The notes below the pieces were generated by a model. That model was not told the DNA's origin. It saw only the letters and a program-made list of their open reading frames with translations, and searched no databases. The translations under genes were made by a program, and so were the position numbers. DNA of 64,000 bases from Trichodelitschia bisporula (Eukaryota), in contig ML996705.1 in assembly GCA_010356995.1 (NCBI GenBank), forward strand, positions 1 through 64,000, given 5' to 3'. Below are positions 1 through 12,443 of this stretch, one piece after another (within the stretch, counting starts at the first letter, position 1; the number at the start of each line of letters is the position of its first letter).

Positions 1-806
1 TGAGGGGGAGAGCTTTTCGGTCGAGCTTCTGAAAGAACTTGGCTAGGTCATCGGCTGTGATCGCGGCCAGCTGGAGATCGGGCAGAACTTGCTTCACCGA
101 CCAAACAGCGTCGGTTGAAGCATCTCGGTCCATGGGGGACTTTCCGGGTTCCAACCACAGGCAGTTGGTGGAAGTAACGTGTCAGGGGCGTGCAAAAGTG
201 TGGAAGTCACGATGGGTATGGTGCAGGCATGAACAAGTTACTTCCACAAAGATCTATCTGAAGGGCGAGCCGCCAGACTCTTGAGCAGATCGCGCTGCCG
301 TCTGCCTAAGGCATGGCGGGGTGCGGGAAGGCTGGCGTGACGTGGCAGCAGCCGCGGGGGAAGATCGTGGGGAGCCAATGAGGTTAAGGCCCGGCATTGG
401 TCTCCCACGACACAACGTGGCTGTTGCTTGTTCTCTAGTCATGATCATCAAGTCATAAAGCCTAGCCTCGTCAATAAAAGAAGAATGGGGCTAGGAGCAC
501 CTACTTTGCGCCCTTACACTTGTACTCCAGCCATTCTTGATCGCTTATGAGAAATGCAGATGACAGGGGCGGATCGACGTCGTTTTTCGTATCGCAAGTG
601 CGCGAGATCTTTCTCGGGAATATCTGAGTGAAATTCTGCGGCAGTTAGCGGGAAAGCAGGGGGAACAACCAACGAACCTTGTGAATAGCGTCGGAGCTGA
701 AGTGTGCAAGATCAAGCTGCCCCAATGTAGCCAGTGGCTGTCTCAGGGCGTGTACCGTGGTACAAATCACCGCGAAGGGCATGGCGAAAATCATTGCGCA
801 GCGCAT
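1..806 (-). pseudogene. Secreted-family paralog A, disrupted by a solo LTR and a frameshift; 3' part runs off the window
   Basis: ATG at 806, with introns 636-677 and 462-504 (GT..AG; clear CTAAC branch in the first). Spliced product: MRCAMIFAMPFAVICTTVHALRQPLATLGQLDLAHFSSDAIHK|NFTQIFPRKISRTCDTKNDVDPP...DQEWLEYKCKGAK|LYDLMIMTREQATATL, matching the W..xCKGxxL..L/M motif of paralogs B-E. The LTR occupies 180-412. Beyond it the sequence reads ...PESP, shifts frame in a C5 run near 134-138, then reads MDRDASTDAVWSVKQ, comparable to ESPFQD...GWS in paralog C. Confidence 0.75.
180..412. mobile_element. Putative solo LTR (233 bp)
   Basis: TG...CA termini with imperfect inverted ends (TGTCAGGGG ... 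CCCACGACA). Flanked by TAACG (175-179) and CAACG (413-417), a 5-bp target-site duplication with one mismatch. It interrupts paralog A exactly where family homology breaks. Confidence 0.7.
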
Positions 807-1844
807 TGGAGCGGCACCCGGAAGGATGGAATGAGGTGTCGGAATAGACAGTTTGTAGTATGGTACCGTATGATGTGGGTTGCGGCGTTGGGTAATGGTG
901 ATCGTGAGATTTTTCGCTGCGATTGGAAGTTTGAACGTGACAGAAACTCAGGGCGCTGTAGAGCAAAATATTGTGGGGGGATGGAGGAGAAGAACGACTC
1001 AAGACAAGCTCAAGGCTCAATATACGATGCAGCGGATTTTCGTCCACACCCCTTCCTTCCCCCATACGTACCTGCCACGGGGGGTGGGCAACTTACCGCA
1101 GGTGCGCCTTCCGTTTTTGGCATATCCCTTGTCAAGAGTGATACGCTTCTTCCAGCGGTTGGTATGATGCCTTGTCGTCGTATTTGCCTTAATGCCCACC
1201 TGCCTGAGTGTGAGGTACCTGTCTACAGAGGTCGAGTTGATGCAGAGACTAGTAGGAATGCGCGTCCGTCGTACATAAACGCTTCTATTAGGCTACTGAG
1301 AGATTTTCGGGCCTGGTATTCTACATACAACATGAGTGGCCATATCGCGGCCTGGCTTTATGTAATGCTCCTGTCATCTGCCGCCCGGCACGGTCTATCG
1401 CTGATAGAGTCCGCATTGCCGTCCCATACCGCCGTCCCATACCAAGCAAGGTAAGGCAGTGTCTTTCTCAGGCGTGCAATTATATTAGGTTATTCACAAA
1501 CACGAAGTCATGTTGGACTGGAGAAGCTGAGAACAGATGAAACAAAGGTTTCTGTTGATTGACGTCGACTGAACTGTCGAGTGTACCATGTGGGCAACTC
1601 GTACTATATAGGAAATATGAAACAGGAGTGGAGTCGAGCCAAAGATACGATGAAACAAGACAACGGAGGTAAGCAATCCCGAGCGCTAACGGATACCGGC
1701 TACAAAGATATCGAGCGCGAAGTAATACAGGAACTTACAATATCAGAAGGCTGTAACAAATGGGAATCCGTCTAACAAGTCATTCATCAACGCAAAGCCC
1801 TTCATGATGCAATTGGAACTACATTCACTGCTACCTAGCCATTC

Positions 1845-3028
1845 CTAAGCATCTTCTATTTTGGCCAGAATGTGCTTCTTGTTGTTGGCCGACCGCCAGA
1901 TCGTGATTTCAGTGACGACCTTCGTCCCAAATCGTGTCTTTCGGTTAATAAGCATCCATGCGATGCCTAGCATGTTTGGGGTACCTAAAGGTCAGCACCA
2001 TTCGCCCTGCACGAAGACGGACTCACTCATGATAACTTTGCCCTTGGTGTGAGCCGTACTAAAAGTGATTCCCGGCCAGAGTGGCCAGTCGAACTTTTCA
2101 CGGCCAGTCAATGGCGGTTGACAGGTTAAGAAGTTCAGAGCGAGCCCGATAGTGTCGACTGTTTCGAAGTTTGCCACATCAATACGCATAATGTATCGAG
2201 GAGCCTCAATTGGGCCGTCACCGTCTCCTTTAAGCTTCTGCCAACCTTGAAAGATAACGTCGGACCATCGGCTCAGCGCTGGTATCGGTGTCACTTCATC
2301 CATGCGTGAAATGAGCTGCGATTGAGGGCCGAAGTTGTAGTAGCATCCAATGAAGTTATCCACCGGGTTGAAGATGTTGTAAAAACCTGCGGCAGTTGGC
2401 TGGATGGATTAGCTTTTGGTTGAAGCGGGTGGTAGGGCTTACCGGATACCGCTTCCCGCTGACTGTGTAGAACGCGTTTTGGATCCATTGAATGACCCTA
2501 TTGTTCGAGCCGCGTCCAGTTTCAGGAGGGATATTGATTGAAGCTAGCGCATCGCCAAGCGCGTATTTTATGAGAGCATTCTTGCCGAAGAGTTCCGACT
2601 CCGACCAGCCATTCTCCACAACCCAGTTCGCATCGTGGTACGGCGCTTCGCTATCGCGATTCAACTTGGCAGTTGCGTCCTCCCGCGTCAGGCGCTGCAA
2701 GCTGTCCAGCTCTGCCCCTTTGCACTTCGCCCTCTGCCAGTTTTCCTTCTCATTATCGGACTGGAGGGCTGTGGCGTGTTCATCTTCACTTTCGGTGTTG
2801 CAGCGCTGTGACTGCCGTGAGAAGATCGAAAGAACAGAAGCGTTCTAGGCATGCTTAGCTTTGTGAGCAACGGGGTGATACATAACATAGACTTACGGTG
2901 GGATTAAGGGAGCCGCTAAAGAGGTCTAGCGGTTGTGGGCTGTTTAACTGGAAGGCCACCGCATCGACCACAAAATGGGTGACGATGGCGGCATAGAGCA
3001 CCAAAGAGATCAAGGCGCGGGGATGCAT
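1845..3028 (-). CDS. Uncharacterised secreted pre-pro-protein, paralog B (4 exons)
   Basis: Signal-like N-terminus MHPRALISLVLYAAIVTHFVVDAVAF. Introns at 2845-2896, 2400-2442 and 1985-2026. Motifs WQRAKCKGAEL, RWSDVIFQGW, APRYIMRIDV, WPGITFST, STPNMLGIAWMLINRKTRFG and KIEDA*. Confidence 0.85.
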
Positions 3029-4634
3029 TGTTAAGGGCTGTGAAGTCCTTGAAATTCAAGTCTGCAATGATGGATGATGTGAGTCGCTCTGTGCGAATTT
3101 GTGGGTATTGGGGGGGGGGTACTTTGTGGGCTTGAGCTTGCAAAGCGGTTGCCGATGCACCAGAGATCAACGAGGAGTGGAAGTCTGTGCAGCGTGAGAG
3201 GCAGGTATACAAGCCAAAAAAGACCGAAGTTTGTCTATTTCAATTAGTCGTCAAGCACCCTCGGCCAGAGCTCAAAACGAGTGAAATGGGACAAGATATC
3301 CTGAAGCCGGAGTCTAGAAAGTTTGGACTGGCAGATCCAAGTCCACCACCGAGCTACCCTAATTGCTCCTATCGGACGGTACGGGATAGCCAGGTGCATC
3401 GTTTTTTGCATCTGCAGTGTGAGAAGTTCGTGTGAATGTCGCAAGCGTCAAGTCATTATTTGGAGCGGAATAAACGGCTGACGCGATTTGATAAACCTAA
3501 GGAAGGAACGTTCATTCCTGAAAGGCGCAGTCGAGCTCTACAGTAGGAAGGGGCGTTCTTGCTCTGGGAAGGACACTTCTCTAGGAGAAATGGCTGGGGA
3601 AACTCTGATGGAAGTAACCTGATGCACTGCATGCTAACCGCTTTGCCGAATGGTTACTCGTTGGCGTTCCATTTGAGTGCATCTGCACTTTTTCTCTCGC
3701 GGACTTGGCATCGTGTTCGCTTAAACTTACTTAGCCCTGGCCTTGCCTCCGCCGACGTCTCCGGAGCAGACTACATGTACACTCCTTTGGCTTAGTTTTG
3801 CTCTCGTGTGGGTCCTGGTTCCACTTCTAACTCTCATTCTGCTATACGCATCCTTACTGTAGCCGCAAGATGGGCCGATGATGCGGCATCCCAACGTGTT
3901 TCTTGCGCATAGACTCCGGTGAGGTGGCATCAGCTTCCATGTTTAGCAGTAGCATTTTTCACTCAATAGGACCAGACCAGACGATTCAAAGGCCAAGCAT
4001 CTTACATATGGCTGATTCAGACGTCTTCAGTCTGCTCATTCCATTACCCTAACTGCGCCGGGAAGGGTACTAATGCATGGATTGCCCGGGAGATAGCCAC
4101 ATCCGATGGACTAAAACCCATCTAAGTCTGAGGCTTGGCCAATGGCCATTGACTTGCTGTCTGCCTTTCAAAAGGGCGAGAGCCTGCTGGCATCTGAATA
4201 TTAGAAATCTGCACGATTTTGTTGAGTGCCGCTAGCATCCGTCCATCAGCCGCCATGCTCTTCCCGCGCCGTCCTCCGGCGTCAGGGGACGAGGTGGAGT
4301 TAGGAGGCATGGGCCGCTGGCAGCCAAAACGCCGCAGACATAGAACTCGCTTGCGGAGATGTCAGATGTGAACTGATATGCCCTGCTCAAACGTTTTGCC
4401 AGAAAAAATCCCGTTTCTAGCGGCAGTACTTCAACTGTGATGGCCGCAAACGCCATGTATGGCTCTATATGATGCCATAAACATGTAAGCAAGCCTACTA
4501 TAATAAACATACGCCCGCCAAATACCACCAGCAAGGAGCTCCACCGAACTCCCGCGCCAAACCAGCAATTGAAGTAATGCAGAGAGCCCAATACAATGAG
4601 CAAAGCCTGAGCAAAGCCTGCGCAAGATATGCGT

Positions 4635-7143
4635 CTATGCGATGTAAGTGTACTTGCCGTCCTCGCGCTCCATGTAGTCCTTGTCGATCAGCTTGTCAAT
4701 GTTCTTCTTGATGTCCTCAATGGCCAGCACACCGCGCTTGCGCGTCGCCTCGATGACCTCGGCCACCAGCACGGCGTGCACAACCGTCTGCTTGCTCTTC
4801 ATGATGCGCACAATGGCCGCCTGGGTCTCGTAGTTGCGGTCCATCATGACGCGTTCGTGCGTCAGTTTGTTCTCCTCTTTCGTCTCGCGCAGCTGGACCT
4901 GGTTGATCTTGACACGGTACTTCTCGTGCGTGAAGCCGGCGTTGAAGTCGAACGTGTCGCTGTCGTCAATGTCGCGGCAGGCGGGGTGCTTGCGCAGCGG
5001 GCGCACCTTGCCGCAGGCGAGCGACTGTAGCGTGCGCTTGAGATCGGCGTCGGCTGCTTGGTTAGCATAGAAGAGAGTGGGGAGAGTCATACGTAAGCCC
5101 GTCTCCGCTTTCAGCCGCGTGTACGGCAGTCGTTGCTCGCTCACACCGTTGAACTGCAACAGCACAATCGCTTGGAAGCCCGAGACAACGAGCTCCTTGC
5201 GCCCACTCGGAAAGTGGGCACGCAGCTGACAGTGTGCGAGCGTGTTCTTCCACTCGAGCTTGCGGCCTTGGTGCTTGCTGCGGTAGTGCTCCTCGAAACG
5301 GTCCATCTCCGTCTTCACCTCGGGCGGAATGTTGACCGCCACGTCGGGGTACGACGGCCACGCGGACGCGGCGAGGATGTTGACGCTAAAGTCAACGGCG
5401 CTTTTCGGCTGCCTGTCCTTGTAGTTAGCGAGCTCCTCGCGTGCGAGCTCAACATCCTTGAACATCTGTTCAAGGTTCTGCGTGAAGCTTCCACCGCACT
5501 CCGTCTTCAGGCGTGCAAGCATACTGCGCTCGGCGTCGGCGCTAGCGCTGCGCCCCATGAGCAGACGTCGCGCAAGGTCGTTCCGGTAAAAAGTCTCAAA
5601 CACGGCCTTGCCGTCCAGAAACCGAAACAAATCCAGCACCTGATCGAGCTGCGCGTCGACCTGCTCGGTCTCGCTGCCGTGCGCGAACTCGCCTGGCACT
5701 GCCTTCGCACCACCCCGCAGTAACGCGTCCAGATACTTGGCAATCATCTCACCAGGCTTGGAGTTGTCGGTGCCCCACGTCATGTCAGATTTCTTCGTCT
5801 TATTGATGAAGGTGTGGAAGGTTTGGCGCAGCGCGTGTCCAAGGTCCGGGTCTCGTTTGAAGGCTGTTTCCCATATGTCGTCGAGCTGCTGTTTGAGGAG
5901 AAGCAGCTTGCGCACCATGTCCTCGTCGTCTGCGAAGACGATGGCCGTCCCGGTACGGTCGATCCACGCGACGAAGCGCGGACGCAGCAGCTTCGTCAAC
6001 TGGCGACGAGCGAGCAGCGCGTAGACTTTCTCGAGTGCCGCAGCATCTCTGGCATCGAGCAGCCGCCCGATGTCGGCAAGTGTCTCGCTGTGCCGTTCAA
6101 TCAGATGGTCCTCCAGCAGCGACCACAGCGCTTTCTGCGTGGCCTCTGGCAACCCGACGGCCTTGCAGCGGTCCATCTCCGATGTCATGAGGTCTGACGC
6201 GCGGGCAACGTACTCGGCGAGCGGGGCACGTGCGGCGGCCTCTGCCCACGGCGTAATGTACTCAGCAGATGCGCGCAACAGCGGGCCCTCGATCTGGTCG
6301 TAGATGCGCAGCGCCTGGAACATGGCGACGACGCTGCGGAACAATTCCTCGTCGCAAGTGCCCTCGCGCTGTGCCTGCAACAGCTGGCACGCGCCGTCAA
6401 CGCACTGGCGTATACCTTTGGGGTTGTCGACGATGTCGCGGAACATATCAACGCCCATCTGCTGGACGCACGGACGAGTGGAGTGGAGGAGGTACGAGCG
6501 GTCGAGAAAGTAGAAGATGGCCTGGATCGTGTTCTGGTGCAGTCAGCACGTATGTTCCATGTAGCCCATCACGGCACGCCGCAAGGAGCACGCCGCAACA
6601 ATTGGGACCTACCATCTGCTTCGACCACCGAGTCCACGCAGGTTGGAGCGTCCGCAAATACTCGATACCGGCACCCGCCAGTGTCTGCGCTGGAATCTGC
6701 GCGCACGCCCGCAGCGCTGCCTCCAGTCGGTCGGCCAGTTCGCTGGCAAGGCCTTGCCGGCAGATGTTCTCGGCGGCACGGTACAGCTCCTCCATAGAAC
6801 ACGGCAGTGGAGCGTTGGCAAAGACAGAGCGCACGGCAGCCTCCAGACGCGTCCATGTCTGCAAAAAGTATGCGCGCGTGTCCGGTTCGCGCGTTGGGCG
6901 TAGATTCTTGATAACGATGCGGCGGGCGCCGGGAGGGAGTCTGGCCTTAGGAGGGGGGACGTCGCGGGTGGCGAAGGAGTACATGTCGTCGGCCTGCACA
7001 CACGCAGGCTGCGTCTTGGGCCGCTTGCTGTGCTCTTGAATGGGGGAGGAGAAGAGACTCGGTATGGACTGCTGTTGATCGTTGAGTTGGCGTTTCTTGG
7101 AGCGGCCCGCGTGGAGGGTGGAAGGTGTCGGCGCTCCCTGCAT
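4635..7143 (-). CDS. cul4: Cullin-4
   Basis: Motifs IFYFLDRSYLL, WGTDNSKPGEMIAKY and LARRLLMGRSASADAERSML, plus the neddylation domain AAIVRIMK...LIDKDYMER. Introns at 6534-6612 and 5054-5092. Start placed at MQGAPTP (7143). Confidence 0.93.
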
Positions 7144-7366
7144 CTCGGCGGTTCGGTTCAATGCGGGGTGGGGGGAGGCGCGAAAGGGCGAACAGGAAAA
7201 GGGTTGTCGGGAGGTCCGGGAAATCCCAAGCAGCAAGGAGCTTTAGACGATGATGAGGGATGATAAGAGTTAATGGCTGCAGAGTGACTGGATTCTGAGT
7301 TGTGAAGGCAACGACTTTTGCTTGACAGTAATGGAGTTGGGGGCGCGTTAGTTTCTGCTTCGAGAG

Positions 7367-7707
7367 CCTGTCTGTCTCTTTCCCATGTCAAATGTTCCAG
7401 GCGAAGCCATTCAAAGCCTGAGGCAACAAACTCGACAAACCACGCGCTCACCACTCATTCATCAACGGACCTCACCTCGGACTAGTGAATTGACAACATA
7501 CATGCAATTAGGACGTTAGTGATATAGTACTGTAGCTCCCGAGCTTACGATTCGTTGCAACAATCCTCATGTCTGTCTTTTCTCGTTTCTGTCCATCTTC
7601 TATGCCAAGCGATTAGAACCACAACCTGAGGCAACAAGCACGACAAATCGTCCCTACACGATTCAGCACCATTGACCTCGGACGAGCGATTGACAAACAC
7701 GCATGCA
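7367..7707. repeat. Degenerate direct duplication (about 140 bp units, about 205 bp apart) in the divergent intergenic region
   Basis: The blocks gtctgtct..., cctgaggcaacaa.c.cgacaaa, acctcggac.ag.ga and attgacaa.ca..catgca occur in the same order at about 7367-7506 and 7571-7707. Confidence 0.6.
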
Positions 7708-7879
7708 TCAAACATCAGAGATAGCCACTGGCTTATCGCCACCGCCATTCCGATAGAGCTGCGATAGGTGTCGGCTGGCTATCGTGTTCCGGCTGATCTC
7801 ACCAGACTGCCTTTGACAATCCTGCCTTTAATACACCTCCTCCCCCCCCGCACATCCATTGCTCTCTCCATCGTGAAGT

Positions 7880-9017
7880 ATGGTGCCGCTCGACCTCCCC
7901 GTCATTGATATTTCCACCCCTAGTCTCGAGATGGCCGAACAGCTTACACAGGCAATCTCACAGCATGGCTTCGTCTACGTTAAGAATGACTCTCAAGCAA
8001 TTCCGTCGGCCGATATCGATGCAATGTTTGACCTCGTGAGTTGCTAATCTTTGTCGCACTTCCAGCACTAACCGCGTCTCCTATAGTCGCAAAGCTTCTT
8101 CTCTAGCCCCGTCGACATCAAATCCCCAGTGGCCGTTAACTCCGGCGCCAGCGGCAAGAACAGCGGCTGGATCGCGATGCACTCGGAGACTCTGGATCCG
8201 CTGAAGCAAAAGGTAGATCGCCAAGGCTAGTGAGTAGCGACATGGAGATGCTAACTCCGCAGCGTGGCGACTTCAAAGAGTGCGTCGATGTCTCCACCCC
8301 GCGTTCCCGCGGTACCCTGTCCCTTGACCTGGAAGCTCCACTGACCTCCCACCCATCAGGGCGTTTAACCTCAACGAGTTCGTGGCCGGCAAAGCGCAAC
8401 AGCCGCTCCCCGCACCGCTCGTCCCGCACGAGGCCCACATCGGTACCTTCGTCGACCGCTGCCACGTGCTCTGCACCGACGTCCTCCGGCTGCTCGCCCT
8501 CGGGCTTGGGATTGACGAAGACTGGTTCGCGGCGCGCCATGAGCGCGCCCGCGGCCCGTCCGGCAGCGTTTTCCGCATGCTCTACTACCCGAACATGCCC
8601 GCTTCGGCTCATGACGCAGATGACATCCGCGCCGGCGCTCACAGCGACTACGGCTCTGTGACGCTCCTCTTTCAGCGCCCGGGGCAGCCTGGCCTGGAGA
8701 TTCTCACCGATGGCAGCTGGAGCCCAGTGCCGGTAAACCCCGGCAATGACACCGTGCTGCCCATTCTGGTCAATGCCGGCGATCTGCTCAGCCACTGGAC
8801 CAACGGCCTGCTCAAGAGCGCCGTGCACCGTGTCGTTTTTCCCTCCGGCAGTGCGGGTGATCGCTACAGCCTTGCCTACTTTTGCCACCCGCTGGACGAC
8901 GCCGAATTGGTACCAGTGCCAAGCAAGCTCGTCGCAGGACATGACCGGCCGGTGTTGACAGCACAGCAGCATCTTGAGGCCCGGCTCGCGGCAACCATGG
9001 CCCTCAAGGGTGCGTAG
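7880..9017 (+). CDS. 2-oxoglutarate/Fe(II)-dependent dioxygenase (IPNS-like, DIOX_N)
   Basis: N-terminal LPVIDIS...HGFVYV, with HSDYGSVTLL (HxD), SAVHRV (distal His) and RYSLAYF (RxS). Introns at 8036-8086, 8213-8262 and 8280-8359. Confidence 0.92.
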
Positions 9018-9975
9018 TCAATGGCAGTTTCTGATGTCTTCGGCTTTGTGGCCACCACGCCTCCCAAGCTCGCAAATCTGTGCATCGCCTGTGATGGCAA
9101 CGGGACCTGTTAGGGCAATGCAGAACTCTTGGAGTATGAGCGGTGCATCAAGCGAGGAACTCCTTCATTGCACAAAGACCTTGTCAGCAAACTCATGGGC
9201 CCCTTTGTGCAATATCTCACTCTCTGTAGGGTTTGGCAAGCTTCTCTAAAATGCCATGGGCAAATTCTGTGCTGTACTCCCCCTTCTACTCATTATGTCT
9301 CGCCGTTCTTGCTTTTACCAATGAGCCGCGTCCGCTATGTGACCACGGCGCGCGCAGTGCGGTCCATTGCCGGTACACTTGATTGCCTCGCCGTCCAAAG
9401 TCCATGAGGCAGTATCTGGAATCCCGCTTCCGGCGCGGCTGGAGGACTGCCAGCGACCGTACGGTAGGACAGAGGAGGCTTTAATCGTTTCCCTTTCTGC
9501 GCCCATGTGTCGTCCAGATGGTGAGACTTTCGGGCTCCTACGTCGCCATCGGCTCTGCGCAGGCCACTCTTCCGTCACGCGACTGCGCAAGGCAGAAAAA
9601 CGCCATATGCGGAGCCTCGTCGCTTCTACCATTTAGCAAGTTCTTACAGGCCGCCATACTCCCATACACCGTATGTGGTGCCACAGTTCGTCGACGACGT
9701 CTGCTTGGCTGCAGTTTTGATGCAGCGCCAGCCTTGCGCTAAATGGCGGCCTCATTGCCACAAGTTTATACTTCACCAATTAGTCATCGCAGAACTCCCC
9801 GCCGGGCTGTTGGCCGGCATACAATGTGGCTCACCCAGCTTGGCGGGTCTTTGCTCCGCAGGCCAACGGTATCTTGCACCGCCATGATTTGGCAAGTTAG
9901 AACTAATATGCGCTCCAAAATCCCCCTTCTAGATGGGCAACATTCTCCGCAACATTCTCCTCTCGCCTCGCCGCC

Positions 9976-12009
9976 ATGGATGGGTACCGGCCTGTTGAAA
10001 TTGAAGACAGTCACATCACCAGCTCACAGCAATCTGCGCCAGTCAGTCCGATAGAGCCTCCGGGAGCTGCTCTGCTTTCCGAGTCGGGCTTCCTCGAACC
10101 GGCCTCGGTTAAACGGACCATTCCTGAACCCACCCTACCCGACCCCAGACTACAAGCACCGGCCTCCGCTGAACTAACCACTCCCGAACCCACCCTAAGC
10201 GACCCCGAACTACCTCTACCGGCCTCGAAATGGAAATTGCTTGGCTCTCTTCCGACCCTGTTTCTTCTGCAAGGTTGGTGAAAGGAAGCCGCCTCGCTCA
10301 TTTTGTCCTTCATCCTGCTCGCTGCCATCTCCGTTGTCCTGAGTGCTTTCCACCTCAGAAAGCAGCCCACCAGCTTCAACCTCTCAACGGCGGTCGCCGT
10401 CCTAGCCACACTCACGCGGACCTTCTTGGTCACCGTCGTTGAAGGAGGTTCGTGCCCCTCATGAAGACGAAATATGCCGCTTGATTCCTGACCAAACAGT
10501 CGTCAGCCAGCTGAAATGGTACTGGCACCTCAATCCGCAGCCCCTCCAACACCTGGCGCTTTTCGACGACGTCACCCGCAGTCCCCAGGGCTCTCTGAAG
10601 TTCTTCTGCCGAATCCGCTCACTGTACGCAGTTCTCTGATGGGTACGTGGCTAATTTGACTCATCTGCTCTCTTCCCCAACTGGGCGCTGCCATCACCAT
10701 CCTGTCCTTGACCATCAGCACGTTTGCGCAGCAGGCGGTCCGTTCTGTTTCCTGCCCGATGCCGGTCACGAAATCGTACCCAAGCATCACAACCGCTACC
10801 GCAATTGCCGATAACCCCTGGGGTGACCCGAACAAGTCCTATGGCCTCAAGGCCGAGACGAAGGGTACAATTCTCCGCGCCCTATCCAAAGTAGCTCTCT
10901 CGATAGCCTTGACTGAAAACATTCCTCCGTTTATAGGGAACTGCGGTAGACCAGCGAATAGATCTTGAGGTCCTCAGGACTCAACTGGACGATTCTTTGG
11001 AATGGATGCTTCACTTGGCAGACGTCCCTTTCCTAGCAACCCGCTCGGCGTCAATCGTCAACTGGACGGTGCTGATTGGCACCCAGACTCGCTGCATCAC
11101 AACCCCTCATGGTGTTTATGACCCGAGTTTTGAGTTCGATAGCATAGACTGCGGCACTCCATTCAACTCCTCCAACGATTCCTACAAGTTGCCGTTCCGC
11201 TACATCTCCACTCTTACCTGCCCGCCCCACTGAACAGCTATGATTCCACATTCGGCATCGCATCATACGTTGGCGTTACTGCAACCTGTGCCTTCAACGG
11301 CACGCGCTATTATCTTGGGGAGGGAAAGTCTATCACTGTCACCCCCCGGAATTCCAGTGTCGCAGACATCACCGTTGAGCTGCCCTCCGGTTCTCTCACT
11401 CTGCCTCCGGGATGCGTGCATCCTATCTCTGGCCTCTACATGAAAAACCTCCAATCCTTCCTATCCGATATTCTCAACGGCACTTGTCATCACCCGGCTT
11501 CCCAAAGCATGCTCAACTTCATTGATCGCACGAGAGTTGTTTGTTCCAGCTTCCAGGAAGGCAAGGTGATCGACGCATGGTGGCTGGAGGACTTGTATCA
11601 ACTAGGATTTGCGATGTTCACAGGGATCTACCGCATCATGGGCGTCATGAGCGCCAGTATAACGACAGAAATGCGCTTCAACGGCCGGCGCCTGCAGGTT
11701 GTAGGCACGGCATACGAGACCCCAGTGTGCACGGAATTTTCGCCGTGGTGGCTAGCGATGCCAATAACGCTACTACTGCTCGGAGCTCTGCTGCTAGTGG
11801 TAGCAGCACTGCAGTCGCTGCGGCATCGCGATGTCCCGCTTTGGAAGATGTAGATTTCACAGTTGGTTTTAGCCGGGCTGCCAGAGAAGTCCGAGTCGCT
11901 TGTTGGAATGGCGGAGTTGAAGACCCTGGCCAGGGGGACTGTAGTGGCGTTAGAGCGGACGGAGGACGGGTGGAGATTTGAAGACAAAACGGACCGTGAT
12001 GAGTCCTGA
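9976..12009 (+). pseudogene. DUF3176-like membrane protein pseudogene
   Basis: Motifs VSQLKWYWH...FDDVTRSPQGSLKF, LGAAITILSLTISTFAQQAV and VVGTAYETPVCTEFSPWWLAMP...PLWK. In-frame stops at 10279 (GW*KE) and 11851 (WKM*ISQL), with further disruptions near 10966-11400. Confidence 0.75.
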
Positions 12010-12443
12010 GTCTTGACAATTGAGCGCAGGTGATGAGACGAGGATGGTATCATCGGCCTCTTTGCTGCGTTTGGGAGTTCTTTTCAAACTAGATACTCAA
12101 GGGGTTGAAGTCGTGGAGAAGCGAACTGCACCCACCATAAGGCCATTTTTTTCCCTCATGGTTGATGGACTCGCTGCGAGCTCGGAGCGGTGGAAGTCTG
12201 GCCGGGAGTAGGAAAGCATAGAAACGAGAGGAGGGCAATGCGCAGAGAACGGATGCGAATAGTCTCAAAGACTTAAACTAGTCATGATGCGCCAACTCCA
12301 TACGCCGTGCCCACATTCGCTGCAAACTCAAGCCAGCTTCATCTCCCCACCCACAAGTCGTCCCCCTCGATCAACTCATACACCATCATCATCGCTCCGT
12401 CAACGCCAGCAAGCACCAGCACCCAAGCCACTCGGTCCAACAC

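Noticed and set aside
681..1454. 257-aa plus-strand ORF
   Set aside because: GTG start and no recognisable motifs; it lies antisense to exon 1 and the promoter of paralog A.
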